This document shows, one piece after another, positions 9,159 to 18,931 of a DNA stretch of 64,000 bases. The notes beneath the pieces were generated by a model. That model searched no databases. It was not told the DNA's origin and saw only the letters and a program-made list of their open reading frames with translations. Each line of letters opens with the position of its first letter. Positions within the stretch are counted from its first letter, which is position 1. Source of the DNA: Candidatus Sumerlaeaceae bacterium (GTDB taxonomy: Bacteria > Sumerlaeota > Sumerlaeia > Sumerlaeales > Sumerlaeaceae); assembly GCA_049968255.1 (NCBI GenBank), contig JBMFRB010000001.1:128001-192000 (forward strand). The letters run 5' to 3'. The position numbers and the translations under genes were made by a program.

Positions 9159-10451
9159 ATGAGCAGGGTGAATTGGATCGTTCATCTGGATGGGGATGCT
9201 TTCGCAGTGGCTGTGGAACGGCGGCGTGGGCGGGCACCGGCGGAGGGCGTTGCTGTGTTGGTGGGCAACGAAGCCGACGGGCGCGGCACGGTAAATTGCG
9301 CCTCCTATGAGGCAAGAGCGAGGGGGGTGAGCAATGGGGCTCCGCTGCGCTGGGCGATGTGGCGTTTGGGGAACAAGGCCGTGGTGGTGCCGCGCGATCT
9401 GCTCGCGTACGAGCAGGCTGCGCGGGAGGTGTTCGAGTGGCTACGCGGTACGGCACCTGTCGTGGAGATGATTGGCCTCGATGACTTCTTTCTTGATCTC
9501 ACGGGCTGCGATCGCTGGTGCGGCGGCGATGTGGCGCGATGGGTGACGAATCTTCTTTTGCGCATGCAGAGGAAACTAGGCCTGCCATTTTCGGGGGGCG
9601 TCGGCACAAACAAGATTGTGGCGAAGCTGGCAAGTCGTGTGGCCAAGCCGGCAGGAGTGACGACGGTTCCGCCGGGAGCGGAAGCGGAATTTTTGCGTCC
9701 GATGGCGGTAGGGACTGTGCCCCAACTCGAGCCGCAGGTCGTGCGCCAGCTTGAAGAACTCGGATGCAGGCGCGTGGAGGAGGCGTTGGCGTTGGGACGC
9801 GAACGGCTGTGCCTGCTTTTTGGCGACTCGCGTGGAGAACGGCTGTGGAGTATTCTTGAGGGCAAGTGGCACGAGCCTGTGCGCTCAACACATTTGGCTC
9901 CCCGCGTGGAGGCGGAATATCTTTTCGAGCCGGATACATGCATGCCGTCGCTGCTGGCAGCGGCTTTACGGTGGATGGTGGAAAAGGTAGCGTGGGAATT
10001 GCGCCAAGGTGGCCAGCGTTGTGCGGCACTGGTTTTCACAGGAATTTATTGCGACGGAGGAACGGTGCGTCGGTGCATGCGGCTAGCTTATCCCACGGAC
10101 CGCTCCCATGAGCTTGCGGACGTGGCGCGGCCGTGGGTGGAATTGATGCTCAAGCGGCGTGTGCGCGTGCGGCGCCTTCATCTCGAGGCCCGAGCGGAGG
10201 GTGGCGTCGTGATGGACGATTTCTTCGAGGAGCAGCGACTGAGGCGCACAAAACACCTTTACGAAGCAGCGGATCGCGTGCGGGAGCGCTATGGACTGGC
10301 CAGCCTTGTGAGTGCGGCTGCGTTGCCGGTGGTGTGGGAACTGAAAAAACAGGGCACCGCTTCAGGGCGCAGGAAAAAAGAAACCCCACGACAACGATGG
10401 GCGGTCAAAGGGGCAGAGGGAAAGGCGTCGGGCAAAAGGGAGACCCCATGA
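9159..10451 (+). CDS. dinB: Y-family DNA polymerase (DinB/Pol IV-like)
   Basis: VHLDGDAF, CASYEARARGV, GLDDFFLD, GVGTNKIVAKLAS..KPAG motifs; AAGGAG SD. Confidence 0.85.
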   Translation: MSRVNWIVHLDGDAFAVAVERRRGRAPAEGVAVLVGNEADGRGTVNCASYEARARGVSNGAPLRWAMWRLGNKAVVVPRDLLAYEQAAREVFEWLRGTAPVVEMIGLDDFFLDLTGCDRWCGGDVARWVTNLLLRMQRKLGLPFSGGVGTNKIVAKLASRVAKPAGVTTVPPGAEAEFLRPMAVGTVPQLEPQVVRQLEELGCRRVEEALALGRERLCLLFGDSRGERLWSILEGKWHEPVRSTHLAPRVEAEYLFEPDTCMPSLLAAALRWMVEKVAWELRQGGQRCAALVFTGIYCDGGTVRRCMRLAYPTDRSHELADVARPWVELMLKRRVRVRRLHLEARAEGGVVMDDFFEEQRLRRTKHLYEAADRVRERYGLASLVSAAALPVVWELKKQGTASGRRKKETPRQRWAVKGAEGKASGKRETP

Positions 10452-13400
10452 ACAGGAGCCAGGGAGAACGATTTGCGTTCGTCCATCTCCACGTCCACAG
10501 CTACTACAGCTTTTTTGCTTCTACCCTTTCGCCAGCGGACATTGTAGCGTGGGCGGCTGGCAAGAAACCGGTGTCGCCCCCTTGCACATCCTCCGAGGAG
10601 CCGATCGGAGATGTTCTTCCTCCGCCACGAAACAGGATTTTTGCTGCGGCTGAAGCTGAACAAGAGGAGGGCAAAGGTCGGACGGCAGTGGGAGGAGGGG
10701 CTATCGCGCTGACGGATACCAATGCAATGACTGGGGCCGTCGAGTTTTACCAGGCGGCACTGGCGGCTGGGATAAAACCTCTTCTTGGTGTGGAGCTCAC
10801 TCAGCCTTTGGCGCAGGAACGGGAACTTTTCCGTCGGCGTGTTGGCAGCGCGCTGCGGGTGCCTACCCAAGAATATGTGGCCGAAGAAGCAAGCGACGAG
10901 AACGACGGGAGTGGCTCGCAATCGCCGGCGCTGTGTCATGGCGACCTTGGCCGGCGCATTGTGGCTCTGGCACGCAATCTCGAGGGCTACCATGAGTTGT
11001 GCGAGCTGACCACTCAGCGGATGCTGGATCCTGACTTCGATTTGCTCCGCCACGCCGAGACCTTTAGCGGCAACGTGGTGGTGCTGAGCGATTGGCCAGA
11101 AGCTTTGGCGGCAATGCGTGAGCGGGAGGCTGGCACGACGTTTGGCCTCTTGGTTCCGGCACGGAGCCGACGCATACGCAACAGAAGTGTTTACGAGCAG
11201 TGCCGGCGGTTTGGTCTGCCTTGCGCGATGGGTGGCGACGTGCGCATGGCAAGGCCAGAGGATGCCCGGCTGCTGGCGCTGTTGCAAGCGATGCGTGAGC
11301 TGACGACGTTGGCACAAATCGAAGAACGCGGCGCCGTGCCCAGAGAAGAGGGTTTTTTGCAAACTGGCGAGCGGATTGCCGAGTTTTTTAGGCTGGGGCG
11401 TGGACACGCGCTGGAAAGGGATTTGCGCGAGGCGATGGCGAACACTGTGCGCATCGCAGAGATGTGCGATTGCCGGTTGCCGCTTCGCGAGTGGAAATTT
11501 CCGAAATTTGCTGAAGGCGCCACGAGCGGGATCGAGCGGCTGCGGGCGCTGGCAAACACCGGACTGCACCGACGCTATGGAACTCCTCCCCCACCGGAGG
11601 CGGTGCAGCGGCTGGCCCACGAACTGGAAATCATCGAGCGCCTTGGCTTCAGCGATTACTTTTTGCTCGTGCATCGCATTGTGGAGGAGGCGCGGCGTCG
11701 CGGATTTTTCACACTGGGGCGCGGGAGCGCGGCGAACTCGATCGTCACTTATGCGTTGGGGATTTCGCATGTGTGCCCGCTGCGCCACCGGCTGCACTTT
11801 GAACGTTTTCTGAATCCTGAGCGGAGTTCGCCCCCGGACATTGATCTGGATTTCTCGTGGCGCGAGCGCGACGAGATTCTGGAATGGTGCTTTGATTTTT
11901 TTGGGGCAGAGAAAGTGGCGCTGATTTCCACGATCCAGACGCTGCGCTTGCGGCAGGCGGTGCGCGAGGTAGGCAAAGCTTTGGGTCTGGCGTCGGAGGA
12001 ACTCAAGGGATTCAACCGGCTGAAAAGCGTAGGCTACGTGCTGGAGGAAAGGGAGAGTGAAGGAAAAGCCAGTGTACGTCGGCGAGAACTCGCAAGAGAG
12101 GAACCATGGCGGAGTATCTTGGCGTTGGCCCAACGCCTGACTGGATGGCCACGGCATCTTTCCATTCATTGCGGCGGTGTCGTCATTGCACCAGAGCCGG
12201 TGAGCCGATGGGTGCCCCTCACCCACAGTGCGAAAGGGTTTGTGATCACGCAAATGGACATGGTGGCAGTGGAGGAGCTGGGGCTGGTGAAAATGGACTT
12301 GTTGAGTAATCGCTCGCTGGGGGTGCTGAAGGACGCCCTGATGGCCGTGCAAGTGCGCGAGGAAGAATTTTCAAGAAGGCGCGCACGCGAGGGAAACGTG
12401 GAAAATGCCGTGGCGCAACCGGGCGGGGACGAGTGGGGAGGAAAAATTGGATGCGGCCAAGCGAGGAATTGCGAAAGCGGCGACGAGAGCTGCAAAGCGG
12501 TGGAGCAAACGAACGAGAAGCGGGCGGCCGTGCTAGCGCATGAAGCAGCTCGGATGAAACTGGCTGGCACACGCCGCGGCACAAGTGTGGCGCTAGCAGG
12601 ATTGCTTGAGCAATTCGAGGAAGAATTGCCCGCCACGCAACGAACTCCTGCTATCGACGGGAAAAGAGTGCGAGAGATTGTGTTCGATCTCGAGGCTATC
12701 AGCGGTGATCCCGCGACGCGCGCGCTCATCCACGAAGGAAGAACCATGGGGTGCTTTTATATCGAGTCGCCTGGGATGCGTGCGCTTTTCGAACGGCTGC
12801 GTTGCAAGGAGTTCGCAGAAGTGGTGGCGGCAAGCTCAATCATTCGGCCTGGGGTGGCGGAGAGCGGGATGATGGAAGAATATATTGCGCGACATCGGGG
12901 CGAGGCTCGAGGTTCGTCGGTACATTTTCCACGCGTGCAGGCCCTGCTGAGGCAGCTTCTGCCCGAAACGTATGGTGTGATGGTCTATCAGGAGGATGTG
13001 CTGCTCGTGGCCCATGAAGTGGCGGGAATGACGTACGGTGAGGCGGATTTGCTGCGGCGGGCAATGAGCGGAAAAACGCGCTCAGGCGAGGCAATGGAGG
13101 CTGCACGGGAGCGCTTCGTGCACGGAGCCAGGAAACGCCACGGGCTCACACGCGAGGAAGCGAACGAAATCTGGCGTCAGGTGGCGAGTTTCGCAGGATA
13201 TTCTTTTTGCAAAGGGCATTCGGCAGCTTTTGCAGTGCTGAGTTATCAAGTGGCTTACCTGAAAGCGCATCATCCGGCGGAGTTTTTTGCAGCCGTGCTG
13301 GACAATGGCGGAGGTTTTTATGGGCCGCAGGCGTATTTAGAGGAGGCGCGACGGTGGGGCTTGAGGACGCTAGGCCCTTGCGTGAACGAGGGCGATGTCC

Positions 13401-14221
13401 ACTTCCGCGGGTGCACGGAGCGCGTGAGGAACTTGAGGGCAGAAGGATGGGTGCGCGTGGGGTTGAGCGCTGTGAGCGAAGTGAGCCGGGAGACGTGTCG
13501 GCGCATCGTGGCAGAGTGCAAGCGGGGCGGTCGATTCACGTCGCTCCAGGATTTTCTCACACGCGTGAGGCTTGAGCCTCAGGAGGCGCGTCAACTGATT
13601 CGGGCAGGCGCGCTCGACAGCCTGCAGGCGATCGCCCCTCCATTTCTCTCGGCGCGCCAACGCTGCCAACTGCGCCAGGACTTTCTCATCGAACTGGAAA
13701 TTCTTTTACGCGATTATGCTCCACGGCGGACAGAGGAAAAATGTCTTGCACTTGGAATGGAGCAAGACTTCGAGCGACACAACATAGCAAAGATGCGCCC
13801 GCGAGCAGGCATGCCCCTGAGCGAGTTCGAGGCTCACGGACGCTTGTGCCAGTGGGAAATGGAAACATTGGGCTTTATGGTGAGCGGACATCCCCTGGAT
13901 TTCGTGACTACTCCGCGTGGCACGATCGCTGCACGCGAGATTCGGCGCTATGCGGGACAACGCGTGCAGATGGTGGGGTGGGCCATCGCAGCTAAAGAAC
14001 TCGCGGCATCGAATTCGGGCCGGCCAATGAAGATGCTCACCCTCGAGGATCGTACAGATACGTTCGAAGCTGTGCTGTTTCCCCCGGTATATGCGAGGCT
14101 GGCCCCACGAACGCTGAGCTGCGGCCCCTATCTCGTGCGGGGACGTGTGGACATGCGCCTAGGCTCTCCCACCCTCGAGGTCGAGAATCTCGAAATCCTA
14201 CCGATGCTGCTGAGGCAATGA
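10448..14221 (+). CDS. dnaE2: Error-prone DNA polymerase III alpha subunit (DnaE2 type)
   Basis: True start MNRSQ overlaps the dinB stop (ATGA); PHP HLHVHS, RGSAANS, PDIDLD, SIHCGG, KMDLL, FYIESPGM, YSFCKGH, OB fold TLEDRT. Confidence 0.9.
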   Translation: MNRSQGERFAFVHLHVHSYYSFFASTLSPADIVAWAAGKKPVSPPCTSSEEPIGDVLPPPRNRIFAAAEAEQEEGKGRTAVGGGAIALTDTNAMTGAVEFYQAALAAGIKPLLGVELTQPLAQERELFRRRVGSALRVPTQEYVAEEASDENDGSGSQSPALCHGDLGRRIVALARNLEGYHELCELTTQRMLDPDFDLLRHAETFSGNVVVLSDWPEALAAMREREAGTTFGLLVPARSRRIRNRSVYEQCRRFGLPCAMGGDVRMARPEDARLLALLQAMRELTTLAQIEERGAVPREEGFLQTGERIAEFFRLGRGHALERDLREAMANTVRIAEMCDCRLPLREWKFPKFAEGATSGIERLRALANTGLHRRYGTPPPPEAVQRLAHELEIIERLGFSDYFLLVHRIVEEARRRGFFTLGRGSAANSIVTYALGISHVCPLRHRLHFERFLNPERSSPPDIDLDFSWRERDEILEWCFDFFGAEKVALISTIQTLRLRQAVREVGKALGLASEELKGFNRLKSVGYVLEERESEGKASVRRRELAREEPWRSILALAQRLTGWPRHLSIHCGGVVIAPEPVSRWVPLTHSAKGFVITQMDMVAVEELGLVKMDLLSNRSLGVLKDALMAVQVREEEFSRRRAREGNVENAVAQPGGDEWGGKIGCGQARNCESGDESCKAVEQTNEKRAAVLAHEAARMKLAGTRRGTSVALAGLLEQFEEELPATQRTPAIDGKRVREIVFDLEAISGDPATRALIHEGRTMGCFYIESPGMRALFERLRCKEFAEVVAASSIIRPGVAESGMMEEYIARHRGEARGSSVHFPRVQALLRQLLPETYGVMVYQEDVLLVAHEVAGMTYGEADLLRRAMSGKTRSGEAMEAARERFVHGARKRHGLTREEANEIWRQVASFAGYSFCKGHSAAFAVLSYQVAYLKAHHPAEFFAAVLDNGGGFYGPQAYLEEARRWGLRTLGPCVNEGDVHFRGCTERVRNLRAEGWVRVGLSAVSEVSRETCRRIVAECKRGGRFTSLQDFLTRVRLEPQEARQLIRAGALDSLQAIAPPFLSARQRCQLRQDFLIELEILLRDYAPRRTEEKCLALGMEQDFERHNIAKMRPRAGMPLSEFEAHGRLCQWEMETLGFMVSGHPLDFVTTPRGTIAAREIRRYAGQRVQMVGWAIAAKELAASNSGRPMKMLTLEDRTDTFEAVLFPPVYARLAPRTLSCGPYLVRGRVDMRLGSPTLEVENLEILPMLLRQ

Positions 14222-14267
14222 GAATGGGCCAAGCGGAGCCGAAACTTTCGCGCCACGACAGCACGCA

Positions 14268-14293
14268 GGACAAGAACTTTGGACAAGAACTTT
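14268..14293. repeat. 13-bp direct tandem duplication GGACAAGAACTTT x2
   Basis: Seen directly between dnaE2 and comM. Confidence 0.85.
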
Positions 14294-14575
14294 GCAAGAT
14301 GCAAAAAATGCGCGTGTGCAGAGCAACTCAACTAAGTACCAGCTCGGAAAGGGTTCACGAACACTCGCTGCAAAGGTTTTGGCTCATCACGTGACTAAAT
14401 TGCCTTCAACAGCACCTTCTGCTCGCGACACAATCATCACCGCCGTTACTGGCCTCTGCAGCGGATCAACACCCGAAAGCGAGCGCGCAAGTCCATAGCG
14501 TTTTTGCTTGTCAAAAGGCTGAACGAGCGCGGATTGATTCTGTCACAAACGCAGGAGAAGGACTTCCCGACTCGC

Positions 14576-16111
14576 ATGCTCGCCAAAGCTTTCAGCCAAG
14601 CGGTGTACGGCATCGACGCATTCCTCGTGGAAGTGGAGGTAGACGTCACACCAGGCGAGTATGCCTTCAACATCGTAGGACTGCCGGACGCCGCGGTCAA
14701 GGAGAGCAAAGATCGGGTGCGGGCAGCGCTGCAGAATTCCAATTTTTTCTGTCCGGTGCGACGCATCACGGTGAATCTTGCGCCGGCCGACATGCGCAAG
14801 GAGGGGCCATCGCTTGATTTGCCTATTGCGCTGGCACTGCTGGGCGCACTCGAGCGAGTGAACACAGAGCGACTGAGCGAAGTCTGCGTGGTGGGCGAGC
14901 TGTCGCTCGATGGCGCGGTGAAGGGAGTCGCAGGAATTCTACCAATCACGCTGGGCGCTCGGGCGTCGGGCTATCGCGCGATCCTCGTGCCCGAGGATAA
15001 CGCGGCCGAAGCGGCCGTGGTCGACGGGATTAATGTGTACCCAGTGGGCTCGCTGAGTGCGGCTGTGAATTTTCTCAATGGCCACAACATGTTGGCGCCA
15101 TTTCGGGTGAATTTGAATGAGGTGTTTCGACGTAGCGCGCGCTACAGCGCGGACTTTGCCGACGTGAAAGGTCAGGAAGGAGCGAAGCGTGCGCTCGAGA
15201 TCGCGGCCGCTGGTGGACACAACGTGCTGATGATTGGCCCGCCAGGCAGCGGTAAGACAATGCTGGCCAAGCGCTTGCCCTCGATCCTGCCCGACATGAC
15301 ACTGGACGAAAGCATCGAGACGACGAAAATCCATTCGATTGCCGGTCTCGTAAATGTACGCGAGTCGCTTGTCGCGACTCGGCCGTTTCGCTCGCCACAT
15401 CACACAATCAGTAACATTGCGATGATTGGTGGCGGGGCGGTGCCGCGCCCGGGTGAGGTGTCGCTAGCACATAATGGAGTGCTGTTTCTTGACGAAATGC
15501 CTGAATTTCAGCGAACGGTGCTGGAAGTGCTGCGTCAGCCGCTGGAGGACGGTGTGGTGAATATCTCGCGCGCGTCCATGAGCCTGAGTTTCCCCGCGCG
15601 CTTCATCCTTTGCGGAAGCATGAATCCGTGTCCGTGCGGATACTCGACCGATCCTATCCGCGTATGCAAATGTTCACCGCAGCAAATCCAGAAATATCGA
15701 GCCAAACTGAGCGGGCCGTTGCTCGACCGTATTGATCTGCACATTGAAGTACCGGCCGTGAGCGTGGCAGAGCTGGCCCGGCGCGATCGCGCGGGCGAAC
15801 CGAGTGAAGCAATACGCATGCGAGTGAACGAAGCGCGCAAGCGCCAGCAAGAACGCTACAGAGATCTGCCACACATCCATTGCAACGCGCACTTGGGGGC
15901 GCGCGAACTGAAGAAATTTTGCGTGCTTAGCGATAAGGCCCAGGACATGTTGGTGACGGCGCTCAAGACCCTCGGCCTAAGCGCACGAGCGTACGACCGG
16001 ATTATCAAAGTGGCGCGGACAATCGCAGATCTGGGAGGAGCCGACACCATCGACACCCTTCACGTGGCAGAGGCCATCGGCTATCGATCGCTCGACCGTT
16101 CCGTTGTGTAG
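14576..16111 (+). CDS. comM: YifB/ComM Mg-chelatase-like AAA+ ATPase
   Basis: IVGLPDAAVKES, GPPGSGKTML, HHTIS, GEVSLAHNGVLFLDE, NPCPCG, SGPLLDRIDL. Confidence 0.9.
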   Translation: MLAKAFSQAVYGIDAFLVEVEVDVTPGEYAFNIVGLPDAAVKESKDRVRAALQNSNFFCPVRRITVNLAPADMRKEGPSLDLPIALALLGALERVNTERLSEVCVVGELSLDGAVKGVAGILPITLGARASGYRAILVPEDNAAEAAVVDGINVYPVGSLSAAVNFLNGHNMLAPFRVNLNEVFRRSARYSADFADVKGQEGAKRALEIAAAGGHNVLMIGPPGSGKTMLAKRLPSILPDMTLDESIETTKIHSIAGLVNVRESLVATRPFRSPHHTISNIAMIGGGAVPRPGEVSLAHNGVLFLDEMPEFQRTVLEVLRQPLEDGVVNISRASMSLSFPARFILCGSMNPCPCGYSTDPIRVCKCSPQQIQKYRAKLSGPLLDRIDLHIEVPAVSVAELARRDRAGEPSEAIRMRVNEARKRQQERYRDLPHIHCNAHLGARELKKFCVLSDKAQDMLVTALKTLGLSARAYDRIIKVARTIADLGGADTIDTLHVAEAIGYRSLDRSVV

Positions 16112-16292
16112 ACTCAACTGCCCTGGCCGCGGGACTTTTCGATTCTTGCGAAGCCGAGCCCCGTTTCGCAGAATCTTGCCGAATGCACCCACCATGACCG
16201 GTATAAGAGGCTGCCCCCCGTTCATCATCTCAGCATTGTCTCGACCACAACCACATCCCACGGACTTAGTTGAACGTGGAATATGCGCAAAA

Positions 16293-16694
16293 TCACAACC
16301 AGCGACGCGTCAGCCCGATTCCAACATGCACCGCGATAAGCCCGGCGAACAAGCTGCCAAAGATATTCATTAGCCCCAAGAGCCAGCTGCCTTCGTTAAA
16401 AAGGCTATGCGTTTCGTACTCGAAGGTGGAAAATGTGGTGTAGGAACCGATGAAACCTATGCAGATGAGAAAGATCATGGGGCGGCTGTGAGGCACAAGT
16501 CCTGCTTGAAGGATAGGGAGCAAAAAGCCGAGGACGAAGCTGCCCGTGATATTTACCCAGAAGGTGCCGTAGGGGAAAATTGGGCCAAAGAGCTGGTTCA
16601 TCCATGATGCGAAAACGAATCGGGCATTAGCACCGAGAAAGCCACCCAATCCAACAAGGAAGTAAGGCATGAGAGCTTTCATCATTTTCTCCAT
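16293..16694 (-). CDS. crcB: Fluoride channel Fluc/CrcB
   Basis: GGFLGANARF, FPYGTFWVN, GFIGSYTTFSTF. Confidence 0.93.
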   Translation of the reverse strand: MEKMMKALMPYFLVGLGGFLGANARFVFASWMNQLFGPIFPYGTFWVNITGSFVLGFLLPILQAGLVPHSRPMIFLICIGFIGSYTTFSTFEYETHSLFNEGSWLLGLMNIFGSLFAGLIAVHVGIGLTRRWL

Positions 16695-16719
16695 GAGTGT
16701 TTTTCAGAAGTGATCAGGG

Positions 16720-17070
16720 CTATTTGGGGTCGGATTCCGCCACGTATTTGACGACTTGAACAGCCTCAAGGGTGACAAGGCCGTTGGTGATCATTTCATC
16801 GATAATTGGCAGGAAGGACTCGATCTTGTCCTTGCTGTCAATAATCTCGACAACGATGGGTAGGTCAGGCGAGAGCTCGACGAATTTCGCCGCGCGCAGT
16901 CGACTATTCTTGCCAAACCCCATGATGCCTTTGAAAACGGTGGCTCCAGCAAGCCGCATCTCACGCGCCTTGTAGACAATGGCCTCGTGCAAAGCGTGGT
17001 TGCCGTAGCTATCGGAATCGCCAATGTAGATGCGCAGCAGTATTCCTTCTTCTGGCAGCTTGTGGGTCAT
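16720..17070 (-). CDS. DUF190 (PII-like) protein
   Basis: LLRIYIGD, AGATVFKGIMGFG, DLPIVVEIID, GLVTLE. Confidence 0.88.
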   Translation of the reverse strand: MTHKLPEEGILLRIYIGDSDSYGNHALHEAIVYKAREMRLAGATVFKGIMGFGKNSRLRAAKFVELSPDLPIVVEIIDSKDKIESFLPIIDEMITNGLVTLEAVQVVKYVAESDPK

Positions 17071-17417
17071 ATTTTGTTTCCTTTCTGGTCGCGGCGATAG
17101 ATGAGCACGTGTGCCCTCTCCGTCGTCACGATGACGTTGCGAAGCATGGGTTCGATTTCGGCGAGGAATGCCTCAATATTTTCGCGTGTATCCACGATTT
17201 CCACGGTGACCTCGTGATCGTTGACAAGGGCCCAGCGACGTTCTTTGAGAATAATGCCGCTCATGCCGAATCCCTCAAGGGCACGCAACACGGTGGCGCC
17301 GGCAAGGCCACGCTGCCGTGCCTTGTCTACTATCACTTCGAAGAGTGGCCGGAAATGCCACTTCTGAAACGAATCTATGAAGATCCGCAACAGGACCTGT
17401 TCACCCTCGAGTTTCAT
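17067..17417 (-). CDS. DUF190 (PII-like) protein, second paralog
   Basis: Start MKLEGEQ; LLRIFID, AGATVLRALEGFG, VEIVD; stop overlaps the next ATG. Confidence 0.85.
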   Translation of the reverse strand: MKLEGEQVLLRIFIDSFQKWHFRPLFEVIVDKARQRGLAGATVLRALEGFGMSGIILKERRWALVNDHEVTVEIVDTRENIEAFLAEIEPMLRNVIVTTERAHVLIYRRDQKGNKI

Positions 17418-17440
17418 TGTTCGCCCATTCTTTAAAGTTT

Positions 17441-18270
17441 CTATGGCAAATGTAAAAGGAACGTGATTCGGTTCTGCAAGAGCTGTGCACGCGCCTCGCA
17501 CCCTTGCTGTTCGATGCGAGGTGCGGACTCGATGGTCTCGCGCCCGTAACCGGATAGAGATGAACGTTTTTCCTCTTGAAGAATTTGCGCGGGCAGGCGG
17601 CGGTTGTAATCAATAATCTGCGATAGCTCGAAACGAGGCAGAACCACTTTGGCTAGCATCGCGATGCGGCGCAGCACAATTGCGGCAACCCTCCGCAAAA
17701 ACGTTTCTTCCATTCTCTTCTTAAGAAGTGGGTCCGGGGAAAGCACGAAGAGGGCGGCGTCGCAGTGCGATAAGACATTCACAGGGGAGGCGGTGTGGTG
17801 CAGAAGAACAGAACTGGGGCCGGGGTAGCAATGAGACAGCCCACGGGAGGAAGGATATCGAACTGAAGAAACATTTCAACATGCCCCGAGGCCGAGACAA
17901 TCCTCGTTTTTTCGACCTTAGCCATATGGTGGGCAATCTCTAAAATGCCGTGTTGTTCCGTGTGGCCATTGAGGCATTGCAGAAAAAGTCGCTCTGGCGT
18001 CCCTTGGCAAAGAAAGGTGGTAACCACGGTGAGGGGCACCCGAGGCCTCGGAAGGATGGCACGCCCATCAGGAGCATTTACGAGGCTACTTTTGCCGCGC
18101 TTGAATTGGCCGAGAATCGCTAGATAACATGCTCGTGTGCACCGGCGCTGTAGGAGAGTTTGTCACCTCTTTCGATCAGCATCGGAGAGGAGCAAGTCGC
18201 AGAACTTCGCGAAGACCGCCAGTTCGTCCTCTGGCAAACATTCTGGTCGGCCGGAGATAGCTTTCTGCAT
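17441..18270 (-). pseudogene. Decayed dynamin-family (bacterial dynamin-like) GTPase
   Basis: ATG 18270; in-frame TGA at 18163-18165; LAILGQFKRGKSSLVNA P-loop (GQFKRGKS at 18111-18088); VPLTVVTTF; eroded G3 LIATP; frameshift near 17820; CDAALFVLSPDP in the next frame. Confidence 0.75.
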
Positions 18271-18272
18271 CT

Positions 18273-18929
18273 TTAGGGCTGCGCTACGTCGGAAATATCT
18301 GTTCCAGTGAAGAAATCAAGGCATTCAGCCCAGACGGGATCTTTGGCACTGCTAGACTGCTCGTGCTCCAAAGTTGCATTCTGTGCCTCGGCAAAAGCTC
18401 TCACTCGCTGGTGCAGACTCTCCAACCGGGCTCGGACTATGCTCGCGAGGACGCGGCGGACTTCTTTGTTTTTTCGTCCCATCGCGAGCTGGGCCAGCTG
18501 CCGATAATGCGGGAAGCAAATTGTCGGCGCTTGCTGCAAATACTCCTGAATCTCAGGCTCATCGAAATTGTCGAGGAACGTGCCCATGCTCGTGGCTAGG
18601 CTCTGCGCGACATAACGACACGCAGGACAGTCCTCCTTGGGCATCGCGAACAAATCACGCTCGTCGGCTTTGATGAGCTCGTCGAGAAGCGTTTCGTGGA
18701 GCAGAGCCACGCCGAGAGGATCTCCTAAACGCCGCACGAGGCGTGTATGCTCACGGCAGAATCCGCGCGCGGATGCCACCTGACGACGCACTGATGGATC
18801 GTTGACGAATTCATAGAATGTCGTTTCGAGGTAGCGTTGGCCCGCTCCTGTTGCTATGCGGCAAAACGGACAACCGGTGCGGCGCAGCGTGTCTAAAAGA
18901 TTGTAAAAAGGCGTGTGGCGAAATCCCAT
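18273..18929 (-). CDS. DUF6062-like Cys-rich protein (duplicated CPxC...CxxH)
   Basis: Start MGFRH after AAGG; GCPFC, FCREH, CPAC, ICFPH; EFVNDPSVR. Confidence 0.7.
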   Translation of the reverse strand: MGFRHTPFYNLLDTLRRTGCPFCRIATGAGQRYLETTFYEFVNDPSVRRQVASARGFCREHTRLVRRLGDPLGVALLHETLLDELIKADERDLFAMPKEDCPACRYVAQSLATSMGTFLDNFDEPEIQEYLQQAPTICFPHYRQLAQLAMGRKNKEVRRVLASIVRARLESLHQRVRAFAEAQNATLEHEQSSSAKDPVWAECLDFFTGTDISDVAQP

Positions 18930-18931
18930 CG

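Noticed and set aside
10133-10447. N-terminal extension of dnaE2 in the ORF track
   Set aside because: Overlaps dinB; the ATGA-coupled start at 10448 gives the normal PHP N-terminus
10289-12352. 687-aa minus-strand ORF
   Set aside because: Antisense shadow of dnaE2 in GC-rich DNA; no recognisable motifs
12350-12690. Possible intein in DnaE2
   Set aside because: No C/S start with HN-C/S/T end and no LAGLIDADG motifs; low-complexity insert
14268-14293. 13-bp tandem repeat as a target-site duplication or operator
   Set aside because: No intervening element or transposase; most simply a slippage duplication
18163-18165. TGA as selenocysteine or programmed readthrough
   Set aside because: The additional frameshift, eroded G3/G4 and truncation indicate decay; TGA is used as a normal stop elsewhere in the window
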